Shown: piece after piece, positions 37,228-45,846 of the stretch
Layout of the letters: the number at the start of each line of letters is the position of its first letter
How positions within the stretch are numbered: the stretch's first letter is position 1
Source of the DNA: a virus
Lineage: Duplodnaviria > Heunggongvirae > Uroviricota > Caudoviricetes
DNA: 64,000 bases
Reading direction: 5' to 3' (one strand)
Virus record (IMG/VR): IMGVR_UViG_2645727636_000004
Coordinates: 76,925-140,924 of that record
Translations under genes and position numbers: made by a program
Notes under the pieces: generated by a model
What the model was told of the DNA's origin: nothing
The model's database searches: none
What the model saw: only the letters and a program-made list of their open reading frames with translations

Positions 37228-37280
37228 GTTTTATAATACCACTCTATTACAAAATATTAAAAATCAGGAGGAATGTATTT

Positions 37281-37463
37281 ATGGATAAGAAATTAATTAA
37301 GGAAGCAGTAATTGAAATGTTTAAGAGCGGTGAGTTACAGTTGGATGTTGGCTGCGGATGTATTGGAGACGAAACATTTATAGAAGTTGAACTATACAAC
37401 GTGACACAAGACGGTGTAAAGATTAGTTTAGCTAAAGATTATGACTATATTCCAGTAAAATAA
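37281..37463 (+). CDS. hypothetical protein (60 aa)
   Basis: RBS caGGAGGaatgtatttATG. Confidence 0.5.
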   Translation: MDKKLIKEAVIEMFKSGELQLDVGCGCIGDETFIEVELYNVTQDGVKISLAKDYDYIPVK

Positions 37464-37505
37464 TTAATTAAAAGTGGAATATTATAGAAAGAAGGAGAGA
37501 GTTAT

Positions 37506-37919
37506 ATGAAAAAATTTAAAAAACATAAATTTATATCAATGGAAAAGTTGTGTAGAATTTTTGATAAAAAAGAATTAAACATTCATTTGTATCGTGACGA
37601 ACTGAGCTATTGGGATTATGTAATATGGAAAAAAGATATTGTCAAAGTAGGATATGGACAATATACATTTTTAAATGTTGATCAGACATATTTTGATATA
37701 AAATTTAAAAATAATGATTGTGAAAAAGTTGAGTTCATGAATATACGTAGAAAATTAAAAGAAATAATTACTTTAGAAGAATTAAAAGAGTTTTCTCAAT
37801 ATAGTAAAATAAAACCCATTTATAAATTTACTGATTTTGATGATATTCCTCTTAATTGTGAATCTGGTGAATTAGGTGGTAAATATTCGGTGACCTTAGT
37901 AGGATTGCTAATGAAATAA
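37506..37919 (+). CDS. hypothetical protein (137 aa)
   Basis: RBS GAAGGAGAGAGttatATG. Confidence 0.55.
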   Translation: MKKFKKHKFISMEKLCRIFDKKELNIHLYRDELSYWDYVIWKKDIVKVGYGQYTFLNVDQTYFDIKFKNNDCEKVEFMNIRRKLKEIITLEELKEFSQYSKIKPIYKFTDFDDIPLNCESGELGGKYSVTLVGLLMK

Positions 37920-38116
37920 AAGCGAATATCGTAAATTAAATAATAAAATACATAAAATGCACTTGAAATTAATAAGTTGTTAGATTAAGATATATTTAAC
38001 AAATGAAACGAAGAAATGATAATTATAACATTCTCATTATAAATAAATAGTTGTTATGTAGCAAAAGTCGGTGATTAATTAATAAAATACATAATAATGA
38101 AATGGAGATGTTGACG

Positions 38117-38308
38117 ATGTATGAAGAGATAAAGCAGGTTAGTAGTGACCCCATAATAGATGATAAACTAAGACAAGCTATGATTAAGCAAATGGAAATA
38201 GGTTATCAACAAATGTATGAAATCAATCTTCAAATGGCAAACGACATGTTTCATCTGGAAAGTGAAGCTGAAACAATTAATGATAATATTGTAAAAGGTG
38301 AATGGTAA
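38117..38308 (+). CDS. hypothetical protein (63 aa)
   Basis: ATG at 38117 preceded by aatGGAGatgttgacgATG; motif at 38085-38094. Confidence 0.5.
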   Translation: MYEEIKQVSSDPIIDDKLRQAMIKQMEIGYQQMYEINLQMANDMFHLESEAETINDNIVKGEW

Positions 38309-38435
38309 GTTAACTAAAGAAGACTATGTTGCTTTAATAGTAAATACTATAAATTAATATTAACTGTTAAAGCAATGTGGATTTTAATAAACGGATGTTT
38401 TTAATTTAAAAATACATAAGAATAGAGGTGTAAAA

Positions 38436-38687
38436 ATGGTTATACATTTATTAGATGAAATGCGATTCAATAGAAAGACATCTCAGCAATACATTATTAC
38501 ATACGAAACTAAAGAAACTATTAAAGAAATATCTAAGTTAGGTTCAATTACATACAAATCACCAGTATTAAATGTTTTATTTATTGATACATATAAAAGT
38601 AAAAATGAGTTACTTAAGATCGAAGGAGTGATGAGTGTAACCGTACCAACGAAAGGTAAGTTATTAAATAATAAGGAAAGATATTGA
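38436..38687 (+). CDS. hypothetical protein (83 aa)
   Basis: RBS atAGAGGtgtaaaaATG; motif at 38410-38419. Confidence 0.55.
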   Translation: MVIHLLDEMRFNRKTSQQYIITYETKETIKEISKLGSITYKSPVLNVLFIDTYKSKNELLKIEGVMSVTVPTKGKLLNNKERY

Positions 38688-38708
38688 TATGGAAAGGTGG
38701 GATCTGTA

Positions 38709-39017
38709 GTGAGTAAAATTACACTAAATCAGTTTATATATGATAAAATTAATGAATTACTAAATACATATAAAGAAGTAGAATTTCATAGTGCGAACGA
38801 TGTAATGTTAACAAAAGGCGGATGTTCAGAACAATTTACATCCAAAGCAACAGATTTAAATAAGATAGGACAAGGTATTAGTATTCATGACGTTGATAAT
38901 ACAGAACGTTTCCCATTTAAAGAAAATGGAACTAAGGTATTGTTTAATATAAAGCGTCCACGTAAACGAAAGTTTGAATTACATACTGAATACTTTATCT
39001 GGGATCGAGAAGGGTAA
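38709..39017 (+). CDS. hypothetical protein (GTG start; the track's start at 38697 abuts the RBS)
   Basis: AGGTGGG at 38693-38699, then GTG 38709. Confidence 0.5.
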   Translation: MSKITLNQFIYDKINELLNTYKEVEFHSANDVMLTKGGCSEQFTSKATDLNKIGQGISIHDVDNTERFPFKENGTKVLFNIKRPRKRKFELHTEYFIWDREG

Positions 39018-39021
39018 ATAG

Positions 39022-39648
39022 ATGGATAAATTAACAAATGAAGAATTAGTGGAGTTATATAAGAAAGGCAAAGAAGAGGCAGGAAATGAATTATTTAATA
39101 GGAATAAAGGTTTAATCTATGAAATCGTAAGAAAGTTTAATAATAAGTCTAGGTTGAGCGAAGAAGATATAATAAGTGCATCTTACTATGGATTTGCAAA
39201 AGCTATTAAAACTTTTAATGAATCAAAAGGAATAAAATTCTCTACATACTGTTACACTGTTATGAAAAATGAAGTATGTAAAAGTTTAGAATACTACAAA
39301 TATAAGAAGAATGATGACTCAGATTTTATTATTTCATCATTAGACCTTAAGATATCTTTAGAAAATAAAAAATCTTCTTTGATAGAAATATTGGACGCTT
39401 CAGATAACGATGTATTACATAAAAATGACTATACATACTTACATAATGCAATAGAATACGCAAGGACACTGATAATTGAAAAGTATCATCCGTACTTATT
39501 ACCATTGCTATTTAGAGAAACAACTACGTATGAAGTAGCTCCAATTATTGGGGTAAGTCCAAGAACAGTGCATTATACAACTACAATGTTTAGAGAGCAT
39601 GTGCGTGAATATATTTATCATTATTCAAATGGTGAAATAGTTTCCTAG
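39022..39648 (+). CDS. phage-encoded sigma-70-family RNA polymerase sigma factor (208 aa)
   Basis: Region 2-like LVELYKKGKEEAGNELFNRNKGLIYEIVRKF...DIISASYYGFAKAIKTFNESKGIKFSTYCYTVMKNEV; C-terminal HTH-like TYEVAPIIGVSPRTVHYTTTMFREHV (region 4). Confidence 0.7.
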   Translation: MDKLTNEELVELYKKGKEEAGNELFNRNKGLIYEIVRKFNNKSRLSEEDIISASYYGFAKAIKTFNESKGIKFSTYCYTVMKNEVCKSLEYYKYKKNDDSDFIISSLDLKISLENKKSSLIEILDASDNDVLHKNDYTYLHNAIEYARTLIIEKYHPYLLPLLFRETTTYEVAPIIGVSPRTVHYTTTMFREHVREYIYHYSNGEIVS

Positions 39649-39690
39649 TTTTAAATGAAAGAATGATATTAATGAAAGGATTTGATAAAC

Positions 39691-39948
39691 GTGAAATTTA
39701 ATAGAGGTACATATAACAGAATTAGTGAGGAAGCAAGTCTACTTAGTATGACAGCGTCTCAATTATCACTAGCTTTTGAATTAGATGATAAAGAACATTT
39801 GAAGGATAAAGAACTACTTAGTGGATATGAAGAACGTCAATTAGTCTTAATCAAAGATAGTATTGCTCGTATATATGCGACTCTAGAGTTATGGGAGGTA
39901 GAAGGGCATATTGACCATGCATTTGAGCATAAAGGAGAAGAAAAATAA
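39691..39948 (+). CDS. hypothetical protein (GTG start)
   Basis: AAAGGA lies 9 nt before GTG 39691. Confidence 0.5.
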   Translation: MKFNRGTYNRISEEASLLSMTASQLSLAFELDDKEHLKDKELLSGYEERQLVLIKDSIARIYATLELWEVEGHIDHAFEHKGEEK

Positions 39949-39951
39949 AAA

Positions 39952-39969
39952 AAGGATGATTTCATCCTT
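39952..39969. terminator. bidirectional hairpin AAGGATGA-TT-TCATCCTT flanked by an A-run (5' side) and T-rich sequence (3' side)
   Basis: Perfect 8-bp stem; AAAAAAA precedes it, so the minus-strand reading gives stem plus T-run; it lies at the convergent junction of the + gene ending at 39948 and the minus gene ending at 39962. Confidence 0.55.
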
Positions 39970-40123
39970 TAGGTTTATTCTCAGACTTCTTATTAAGATG
40001 TTCTAGTGCTTCAATATACTTCTTGGCGATTTCTAATTCATCTTTAGAAATATCATTGAACAAATTTTTCAATGCAAGATGCTCATCACAATTAACTTTA
40101 TTAGTATTAAGTTTTTCAGACAT
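39962..40123 (-). CDS. small minus-strand protein (53 aa) with its own promoter-like sequence and terminator
   Basis: Translation MSEKLNTNKVNCDEHLALKNLFNDISKDELEIAKKYIEALEHLNKKSENKPKG; RBS AAAGGA lies 12 nt upstream on the minus strand; an extended -10 TGaTATAAG on the minus strand sits near + coordinates 40144-40152. Confidence 0.5.
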   Translation of the reverse strand: MSEKLNTNKVNCDEHLALKNLFNDISKDELEIAKKYIEALEHLNKKSENKPKG

Positions 40124-40214
40124 ACATAATCAATCCTTTACAACTTATATCACAGTTAATGTTAGCATTTCACATTGATTATTTTCAAATAAAACGATTA
40201 TATGGGAGGGATTT

Positions 40215-40403
40215 ATGATGAGTAGCACTGTAACATTTATGGATGCTATGGAGGCAAGTAAGAATGGTAAAGTTGTAAGATTTTATGACAAAGAAGGTTT
40301 TTATAATTCAGTATTTAAATACAATTATCCAATCAATGAAAACGGAATTGAACTATACTCATTTGAAGATTTAATTGAAGGAACTTGGGTTATTTTAGAT
40401 TGA
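40215..40403 (+). CDS. hypothetical protein (62 aa)
   Basis: RBS tGGGAGGGatttATG. Confidence 0.5.
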   Translation: MMSSTVTFMDAMEASKNGKVVRFYDKEGFYNSVFKYNYPINENGIELYSFEDLIEGTWVILD

Positions 40404-40438
40404 TAAAACTAAAATAAAAAATAAGTATTATTGAAGGG

Positions 40439-40699
40439 ATGAGAGTCATATTGGAAGTAAATAATACAGTTCAATTAATTATTGATTTAATCAATGAATA
40501 TGATAACAACGGAGGCATTTTAACTCAAAAATTAACATTAAAATATGCTAAAAAGATTAATGAATTAGATGAGTATAAGAAGTTAGAAAGCAAATTAGAT
40601 AAAATACATAAAGATTTGCTTCAGATGAAAAAGGTCAATGACTGTAAATATGTAGATATTGATTATATGTTAAATGCTATTGAAAATGAAAAATATTAA
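40439..40699 (+). CDS. hypothetical protein (86 aa)
   Basis: From the ORF track; GAAGGG is adjacent to the start. Confidence 0.5.
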   Translation: MRVILEVNNTVQLIIDLINEYDNNGGILTQKLTLKYAKKINELDEYKKLESKLDKIHKDLLQMKKVNDCKYVDIDYMLNAIENEKY

Positions 40700-40711
40700 G
40701 GAGAGATTTTA

Positions 40712-40885
40712 ATGAATGATAAAGAAATAGAAATGACATTACCAAATGGATTCACTGTTGCAATTTTTGAATATGAAGGAAATATTGTTTTGGATTTGAT
40801 AAACGATAGAGGGTACTCAGTTTCAGATACAAAATTACATAAATCAGAAATAGCGAAAATACATGAGATAACTGCTATTAAATAA
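40712..40885 (+). CDS. hypothetical protein (57 aa)
   Basis: RBS AAGGAGAGattttaATG; preferred over the antisense 40696..40917 track ORF. Confidence 0.45.
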   Translation: MNDKEIEMTLPNGFTVAIFEYEGNIVLDLINDRGYSVSDTKLHKSEIAKIHEITAIK

Positions 40886-40916
40886 TAATTCACTTTTATA
40901 AAAGGAGAATAAAACA

Positions 40917-41219
40917 ATGAATGTAAATCACATCATTGCCGAAAAGATAATGAAATGGGAGACTGATGAGGAGTCTGGCCGTTGGAAAGTTAAGCATATG
41001 CTTCTAGGTAAGTCGTATTGGAATCCTACCCACACTATTAGTGATGCTTGGGAAGTGCTAGAAACTTTCGAAGAAGGTTTAGTCAGAAAGAGAATGAATG
41101 GTTTAAATTATCGTGCGTGGGTTATACATGAAAATAAAGAATGCTCAGCATTTGGTAATACACCTAGCGAAGCTATTGTTAATGTTGCATTAAAAGCACA
41201 TAATATTGAAATTAAGTAA
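40917..41219 (+). CDS. hypothetical protein (100 aa)
   Basis: RBS AAAGGAGaataaaacaATG. Confidence 0.55.
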   Translation: MNVNHIIAEKIMKWETDEESGRWKVKHMLLGKSYWNPTHTISDAWEVLETFEEGLVRKRMNGLNYRAWVIHENKECSAFGNTPSEAIVNVALKAHNIEIK

Positions 41220-41255
41220 TAGTACGATATCATCTAAAAAAAAGGAGATGTTACA

Positions 41256-41681
41256 ATGTTTAAAAATATTTTTAAGAAATTCAAAAAGAAAAATAATACT
41301 CAACAAATAAATAAGGCTGTTGTTCCTGAAGAGAAATACATTTTCAATAATGATGTAATTGCATACAAAACTAAGAATGTTATTGATGAAATTAAGTCAA
41401 AGTATAAAAATATTGTTATGACATCAGTAGTAGATGTTAAATTTGAAATTTATAATAAAGATATTGAGTTCATCACACTTATGCCAACCATTTCTAACTC
41501 AACTGGTGAAGTGAATGTGAGAATTGAAGACATACTAATTGAAGGCGATTTACTTGTATCAATTAGTGCGTTTGATGGAAATGGGAATAAGATTGAGGAT
41601 GATATTAAACTAAAGTTTAAAAATGCCAAAATTGATACACATTCAAATAAAATTACTGTAGATCCAAATAACATTATTTAA
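41256..41681 (+). CDS. hypothetical protein (141 aa)
   Basis: RBS AAAAGGAGatgttacaATG. Confidence 0.55.
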   Translation: MFKNIFKKFKKKNNTQQINKAVVPEEKYIFNNDVIAYKTKNVIDEIKSKYKNIVMTSVVDVKFEIYNKDIEFITLMPTISNSTGEVNVRIEDILIEGDLLVSISAFDGNGNKIEDDIKLKFKNAKIDTHSNKITVDPNNII

Positions 41682-41730
41682 TATAGAAAATACATAAAAT
41701 ACACGTATTATCGAAAAGAGGAGGTTTAAA

Positions 41731-42312
41731 TTGAATACTGAATACCTAAAAGAACAACTTGATAATATTATGTCTTTCCGTGATACATATAAAACTTCTA
41801 CAACAGAAGATAAATATTTACATAATGAACTATCTAAGATGATTAGAGTGATTAAAAGTAAAATTTGGGATGAAGAACATGATGAATACAATAGGAATAG
41901 ACTGAAAACAAAAACTATTGATGGTGTAGAGATTGTTATTCCAGAATTTATAAGTGGTCTTGATGACGATTATGAGTTTAAACATGTCGACAATACTTTA
42001 TATGCTCTACCAAGTAAGTGCTCAAAAGACGAAGATGGTTCATTTCATGAGTACGTATATGCGTATATTAAAGAGAATGATAATAAACATGTTCGATTTC
42101 TTGTTAGATTACTAGGAGGAGATAGGTTTGGAGATCGAATTTTTACAGAGGCAAATTATTATAAAAAGATAGAAAGTAATTATAAGTATCTAAATAAAAA
42201 CTACGGAAAAGATGATCGTTTTCCAGAGAAGTTTAGAAAGCAAGTTGAAACAATTATTAATGAATTTAATAAGTTAGATGGAGTTAATGATTTCAATCCA
42301 ATTACAAAATAA
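41731..42312 (+). CDS. hypothetical protein (193 aa), TTG start
   Basis: RBS AAGAGGAGGtttaaaTTG; motif at 41688-41697. Confidence 0.55.
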   Translation: MNTEYLKEQLDNIMSFRDTYKTSTTEDKYLHNELSKMIRVIKSKIWDEEHDEYNRNRLKTKTIDGVEIVIPEFISGLDDDYEFKHVDNTLYALPSKCSKDEDGSFHEYVYAYIKENDNKHVRFLVRLLGGDRFGDRIFTEANYYKKIESNYKYLNKNYGKDDRFPEKFRKQVETIINEFNKLDGVNDFNPITK

Positions 42313-42341
42313 AATACATAGCGAAAAGGAGAATAAACATA

Positions 42342-43589
42342 TTGAATACACAATTTGAAGAAAAGAAGTTGCTGAAATTACTAGGAAGTGAATTAGTAGA
42401 TTTATTTAAAAAGTACAATGTATTTGTAGCAGGTGGAGCTATTACAAGTATTTTTACTAATAGTGAAATTAATGATATTGATGTTTACACTCGTAATGAA
42501 GATGATTTATTGGGACTTATCGAAGAACTATTTGATCACTGTGGAAATAAAGTTTTAAGTAGTACGAAAAAATCTACATTATTTGCAGATGGAGAGTTAT
42601 TAGTTCAAGCAATACATTTCAAATGCTTTGATACAGCAGAAGATATTTTTGATTCATTTGACTTCACATCAGTTATGGGAGCATATGATTTCAAAGATAA
42701 TAAGTATTATTTCCATGATGATTTCATGAAACATAACTCTCAAAAAATTATCAAGTTTAATTCAAATACTGCATACCCATTAATTTCAGCATTACGTGTT
42801 CAAAAGTATGAAGATAAAGGGTATAAGATTTCCAAAGCTGAATATCTACGAATTGTCATGACATGTATGAAATTAGAAATTAACTCATATGAGGAATTAC
42901 AGGAACATTTAGGTGGAATGTATGGTGTTAATCTAGACAAACTGTTTGAAGATATTAAAGATGATGAGTTTAGTTTACAAGCAGCTATTGAAAAGTTGGC
43001 AGAAATTACATTGTCAGATGAGTACTTTGAGAAACCTGAGCTTGAGTTCATTTTAGAATTAGACGAAGTAATTAGTAAAATTTCACCTAAAGCAATTAAA
43101 TATGTTGAGTTTAAAGGTAAGATTTATCGTGTACATAATAGTGGAGAAATTGATGAAGAAAGTGTCAAATACGACAATCACACAATGTTAGATATTAAAG
43201 ACATATTCAAAGATAATAAGTTATATAAATTTGTTAAAAAGAATGAAGATGGTACATACAGTAGTTACTACGATGATAAATTTACATATAAGATTGGCGA
43301 AATAGCAGAAGCAAATGGAGCAGTTGGTACATATTCTTGTGATAAAGGTAAATTGCACTTTAACACAAAAGAGAAAATTAAAAAGTCTACATATTTTGAT
43401 AAGAAAGATAAAGTTTTATTAGAAGTAATGTTCAATACAGATGATTTGCTTGATATTGATCATTCTACAAAAGTGACAGCTCGTAAAGTATATGTTGTTC
43501 GTGAAGTGCCAGAATTGGAATGGAAAATGTGGATCGGGAATAAACATGTCTCAAAAGAAGGAGCATATTGTGATTCACCTCTGTTTTAA
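42342..43589 (+). CDS. Pol-beta-superfamily nucleotidyltransferase-like protein (head domain resembling CCA-adding/poly(A) polymerase), 415 aa
   Basis: The N-terminal VFVAGGAITSIFTNSEINDIDVYT parallels the GGxVRD...DxD motif of class II nucleotidyltransferases; TTG start after AAAAGGAGaataaacataTTG. Confidence 0.45.
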   Translation: MNTQFEEKKLLKLLGSELVDLFKKYNVFVAGGAITSIFTNSEINDIDVYTRNEDDLLGLIEELFDHCGNKVLSSTKKSTLFADGELLVQAIHFKCFDTAEDIFDSFDFTSVMGAYDFKDNKYYFHDDFMKHNSQKIIKFNSNTAYPLISALRVQKYEDKGYKISKAEYLRIVMTCMKLEINSYEELQEHLGGMYGVNLDKLFEDIKDDEFSLQAAIEKLAEITLSDEYFEKPELEFILELDEVISKISPKAIKYVEFKGKIYRVHNSGEIDEESVKYDNHTMLDIKDIFKDNKLYKFVKKNEDGTYSSYYDDKFTYKIGEIAEANGAVGTYSCDKGKLHFNTKEKIKKSTYFDKKDKVLLEVMFNTDDLLDIDHSTKVTARKVYVVREVPELEWKMWIGNKHVSKEGAYCDSPLF

Positions 43590-43647
43590 TTAAGTAATAT
43601 TCTGCTTTTATGAAAGTATCTTCAATGGGAATAGGAGGGCTTACAGT

Positions 43648-43932
43648 TTGATTAAACTTATAAAGAAATTGATTAAAGGTGACGGAGAATTAAGTTTTTG
43701 GTTCAATAAAGGGAATAAAAACACTTCAATTCATGATTATCGTTATATTCGTAAGCAGAATTATTTAGAGTATGGGAATGATCCAGATATCAATATTAAG
43801 CGTAAATGGGGAATTCATACCAACGGAGCTATCAAAGGCAACAAAGAACATAAATGTTTAGATTGGCAGCTTAATTTAGGTCATATTCATTTTAACTATA
43901 CTAATTTCAACTACAATAAAAGGGTTATATAA
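43648..43932 (+). CDS. hypothetical protein (94 aa), TTG start
   Basis: RBS atAGGAGGGcttacagTTTG. Confidence 0.5.
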   Translation: MIKLIKKLIKGDGELSFWFNKGNKNTSIHDYRYIRKQNYLEYGNDPDINIKRKWGIHTNGAIKGNKEHKCLDWQLNLGHIHFNYTNFNYNKRVI

Positions 43933-43934
43933 TC

Positions 43935-44159
43935 ATGATTAAACTAACTAAAACACAACAAAGAATTCTATTCACAATGTATAAAGACTCTATCCTGAGG
44001 AATATAAGTATCGATGATTTGATATCATCAGGTTATTATAATAATCCATCAAACAAGAGGTTATATGAAAATGTACAGAAAGAATTACGCAAATTTATAA
44101 GAGTTTTTGAAACTAGCATTATAAAAGAACTCACAATTGAAATAGAAAACATTAAATAA
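43935..44159 (+). CDS. hypothetical protein (74 aa)
   Basis: From the ORF track; immediately follows the previous stop. Confidence 0.5.
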   Translation: MIKLTKTQQRILFTMYKDSILRNISIDDLISSGYYNNPSNKRLYENVQKELRKFIRVFETSIIKELTIEIENIK

Positions 44160-44204
44160 TATTTCAGTTTTATTTAAGAAAATATATAAAAGGAGATTGA
44201 TTAA

Positions 44205-44363
44205 TTGAGGGCAATATTATCGTTATTGATTATAACAGTAATAATTACATATGTAATAACATTTATATTTCCATCATTAAAGAATTATATTAAATCAGAA
44301 GTAAATAGAATTAACAAAGTATACAATACAAAATCAAACGATGAAGAGGAGAATGTAAAATGA
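44205..44363 (+). CDS. small single-TM membrane protein (52 aa), translationally coupled to the SPFH gene
   Basis: Translation MRAILSLLIITVIITYVITFIFPSL... with an acidic tail; RBS AAAGGAGattgattaaTTG; its stop overlaps the ATG of the next gene. Confidence 0.45.
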   Translation: MRAILSLLIITVIITYVITFIFPSLKNYIKSEVNRINKVYNTKSNDEEENVK

Positions 44364-45181
44364 GCTTAAAAGGTATTTTAGGTTTAGTAGGCACAGGAAT
44401 TGGAGTATTAGGTTTATCAATTGGACTTATGGTATTTGTCGAAAAAGTACCTGAAGGTAAGGTTGCTGTAGTCTATAGTCCATCTAATGGAGCTAAAGAA
44501 GTGTTAAATCCAGGATGGCACTTAGTAGGATTATTAGAGAAGACTCAAGAATATCCAACACGTGTTACTATCGTGAAAGATAATATTAGTGTAACTACAG
44601 AAGATGGAAAGAAAATCACTATGCCTGTTCGTTATGAAATGAAAGTTGATAAATCTAAAGTATTAGATATTTTTAAAGAGTTAGGATCACAAAAAATCGA
44701 ACAAATTCAAGAAGGTTATCTAGCACAAAAACTTTTTAAATCAGCACGAGAAGTTGTTTCAGGTTACTCTGTATTAGATATTTATGGAACTAAAACTTCT
44801 GAAGCATCTGCAAAAGTAACTGAATTAATGGCTAAAGAATCTGATAAACTAGGATTCATCATTGCAGATGTAACACTTGGTACTCCTGAACTGGATGAAA
44901 ACACACAAAAAGCAATTGATGCACGAGTACAAGCTTCACAAGAATTAGAAAAGTTAAAATTAGAGAAACAAATTGCAGCTGAACAAGCAGAGAAGAAACG
45001 TATTGAAGCCAAAGGTACTGCCGATGCTAAAATTGAAAAAGCTAAAGGTGAATCAGAGGCAAATAAATTATTAAGCAACTCTATTACTCCTGAATTACTT
45101 AAACTTAAAGAAATGGAAGCACGAATGGAGCATGGTTGGGTTTCTGTACAAGGAGCTAATACTACAGTAGTGAAGGAATAG
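44360..45181 (+). CDS. SPFH/band-7 (stomatin/prohibitin/HflC-like) membrane protein (273 aa)
   Basis: An N-terminal TM segment, then VAVVYSPSNGAKEVLNPGWHLVGLLEKTQEYPTRV... and a long coiled-coil Ala/Glu/Lys-rich C-terminus, typical of band-7 proteins. Confidence 0.7.
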   Translation: MSLKGILGLVGTGIGVLGLSIGLMVFVEKVPEGKVAVVYSPSNGAKEVLNPGWHLVGLLEKTQEYPTRVTIVKDNISVTTEDGKKITMPVRYEMKVDKSKVLDIFKELGSQKIEQIQEGYLAQKLFKSAREVVSGYSVLDIYGTKTSEASAKVTELMAKESDKLGFIIADVTLGTPELDENTQKAIDARVQASQELEKLKLEKQIAAEQAEKKRIEAKGTADAKIEKAKGESEANKLLSNSITPELLKLKEMEARMEHGWVSVQGANTTVVKE

Positions 45182-45193
45182 AGATATACATAT

Positions 45194-45225
45194 ATTGTGG
45201 TCGATTAGAAATAGTTGACCACAAT
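45194..45225 (+). repeat. perfect 9-bp inverted repeat (ATTGTGGTC/GACCACAAT) with a 14-nt loop; no T-run
   Basis: Arms at 45194-45202 and 45217-45225; lies between the SPFH gene and the next gene. Confidence 0.45.
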
Positions 45226-45265
45226 TAATTAAAAATCACATTTTATAAAAATTGGAGGAAGATAG

Positions 45266-45817
45266 ATGCATAAATTTTACGAGGATCTAAAAGTATTCAT
45301 TCTAAATCAAGATCAAGAGACGAAGAAGACACTAATTCCGTATTATGAAACATTATTGCAGCTAGAGTCATACTCAGAAATGAAGGAGTTGCTAAATGAC
45401 TATACTTGCTTAGACGACATTGAGTTTGTAGAAAGTGATAATGGTTGGTTAATTGGAACGTTTGAAATACATAATAATTCATTAGGAGTAGTTTACAAAA
45501 TCCATTTAGAGTTGGGTAACATGTCAGGTAGTTATTGTGAATGCAGTACAACTGATGAACTCTACAATATAGAACATGATTGTTGCGGAAATGGATGTGA
45601 CTTCTACGCTCCTAGAATTTCGATCACTAAAGAAATAAGTATTGTTAGCCATGATTTTCAGGGATATGCACGTGATTTATGGGCTTTAGAGGAAAAATGG
45701 ACGACTGATTATGAAAAAGAAGCATTACATAAAAAGAACTTAGAAAAAGCTTTAGAAATAGAAGCACAAATCGAAAGGTTACAAAATGATTTACGCATGG
45801 TACAAACACAGTTATAA
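45266..45817 (+). CDS. hypothetical Cys-rich protein (183 aa)
   Basis: CECSTTDELYNIEHDCCGNGCDF cluster; RBS attGGAGGaagatagATG. Confidence 0.55.
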   Translation: MHKFYEDLKVFILNQDQETKKTLIPYYETLLQLESYSEMKELLNDYTCLDDIEFVESDNGWLIGTFEIHNNSLGVVYKIHLELGNMSGSYCECSTTDELYNIEHDCCGNGCDFYAPRISITKEISIVSHDFQGYARDLWALEEKWTTDYEKEALHKKNLEKALEIEAQIERLQNDLRMVQTQL

Positions 45818-45846
45818 AAATTAAATAATAAAATACATAAAAATAC

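Noticed and set aside
40696-40917. 73-aa minus-strand track ORF
   Set aside because: A + strand 57-aa ORF (40712–40885) with a strong AAGGAGAG RBS occupies the same space and fits the gene orientation.
45194-45225. The 9-bp inverted repeat after the SPFH gene as a rho-independent terminator
   Set aside because: The loop is 14 nt and the stem is followed by AATTAAAAATCAC rather than a U-run. It is recorded as a repeat only.
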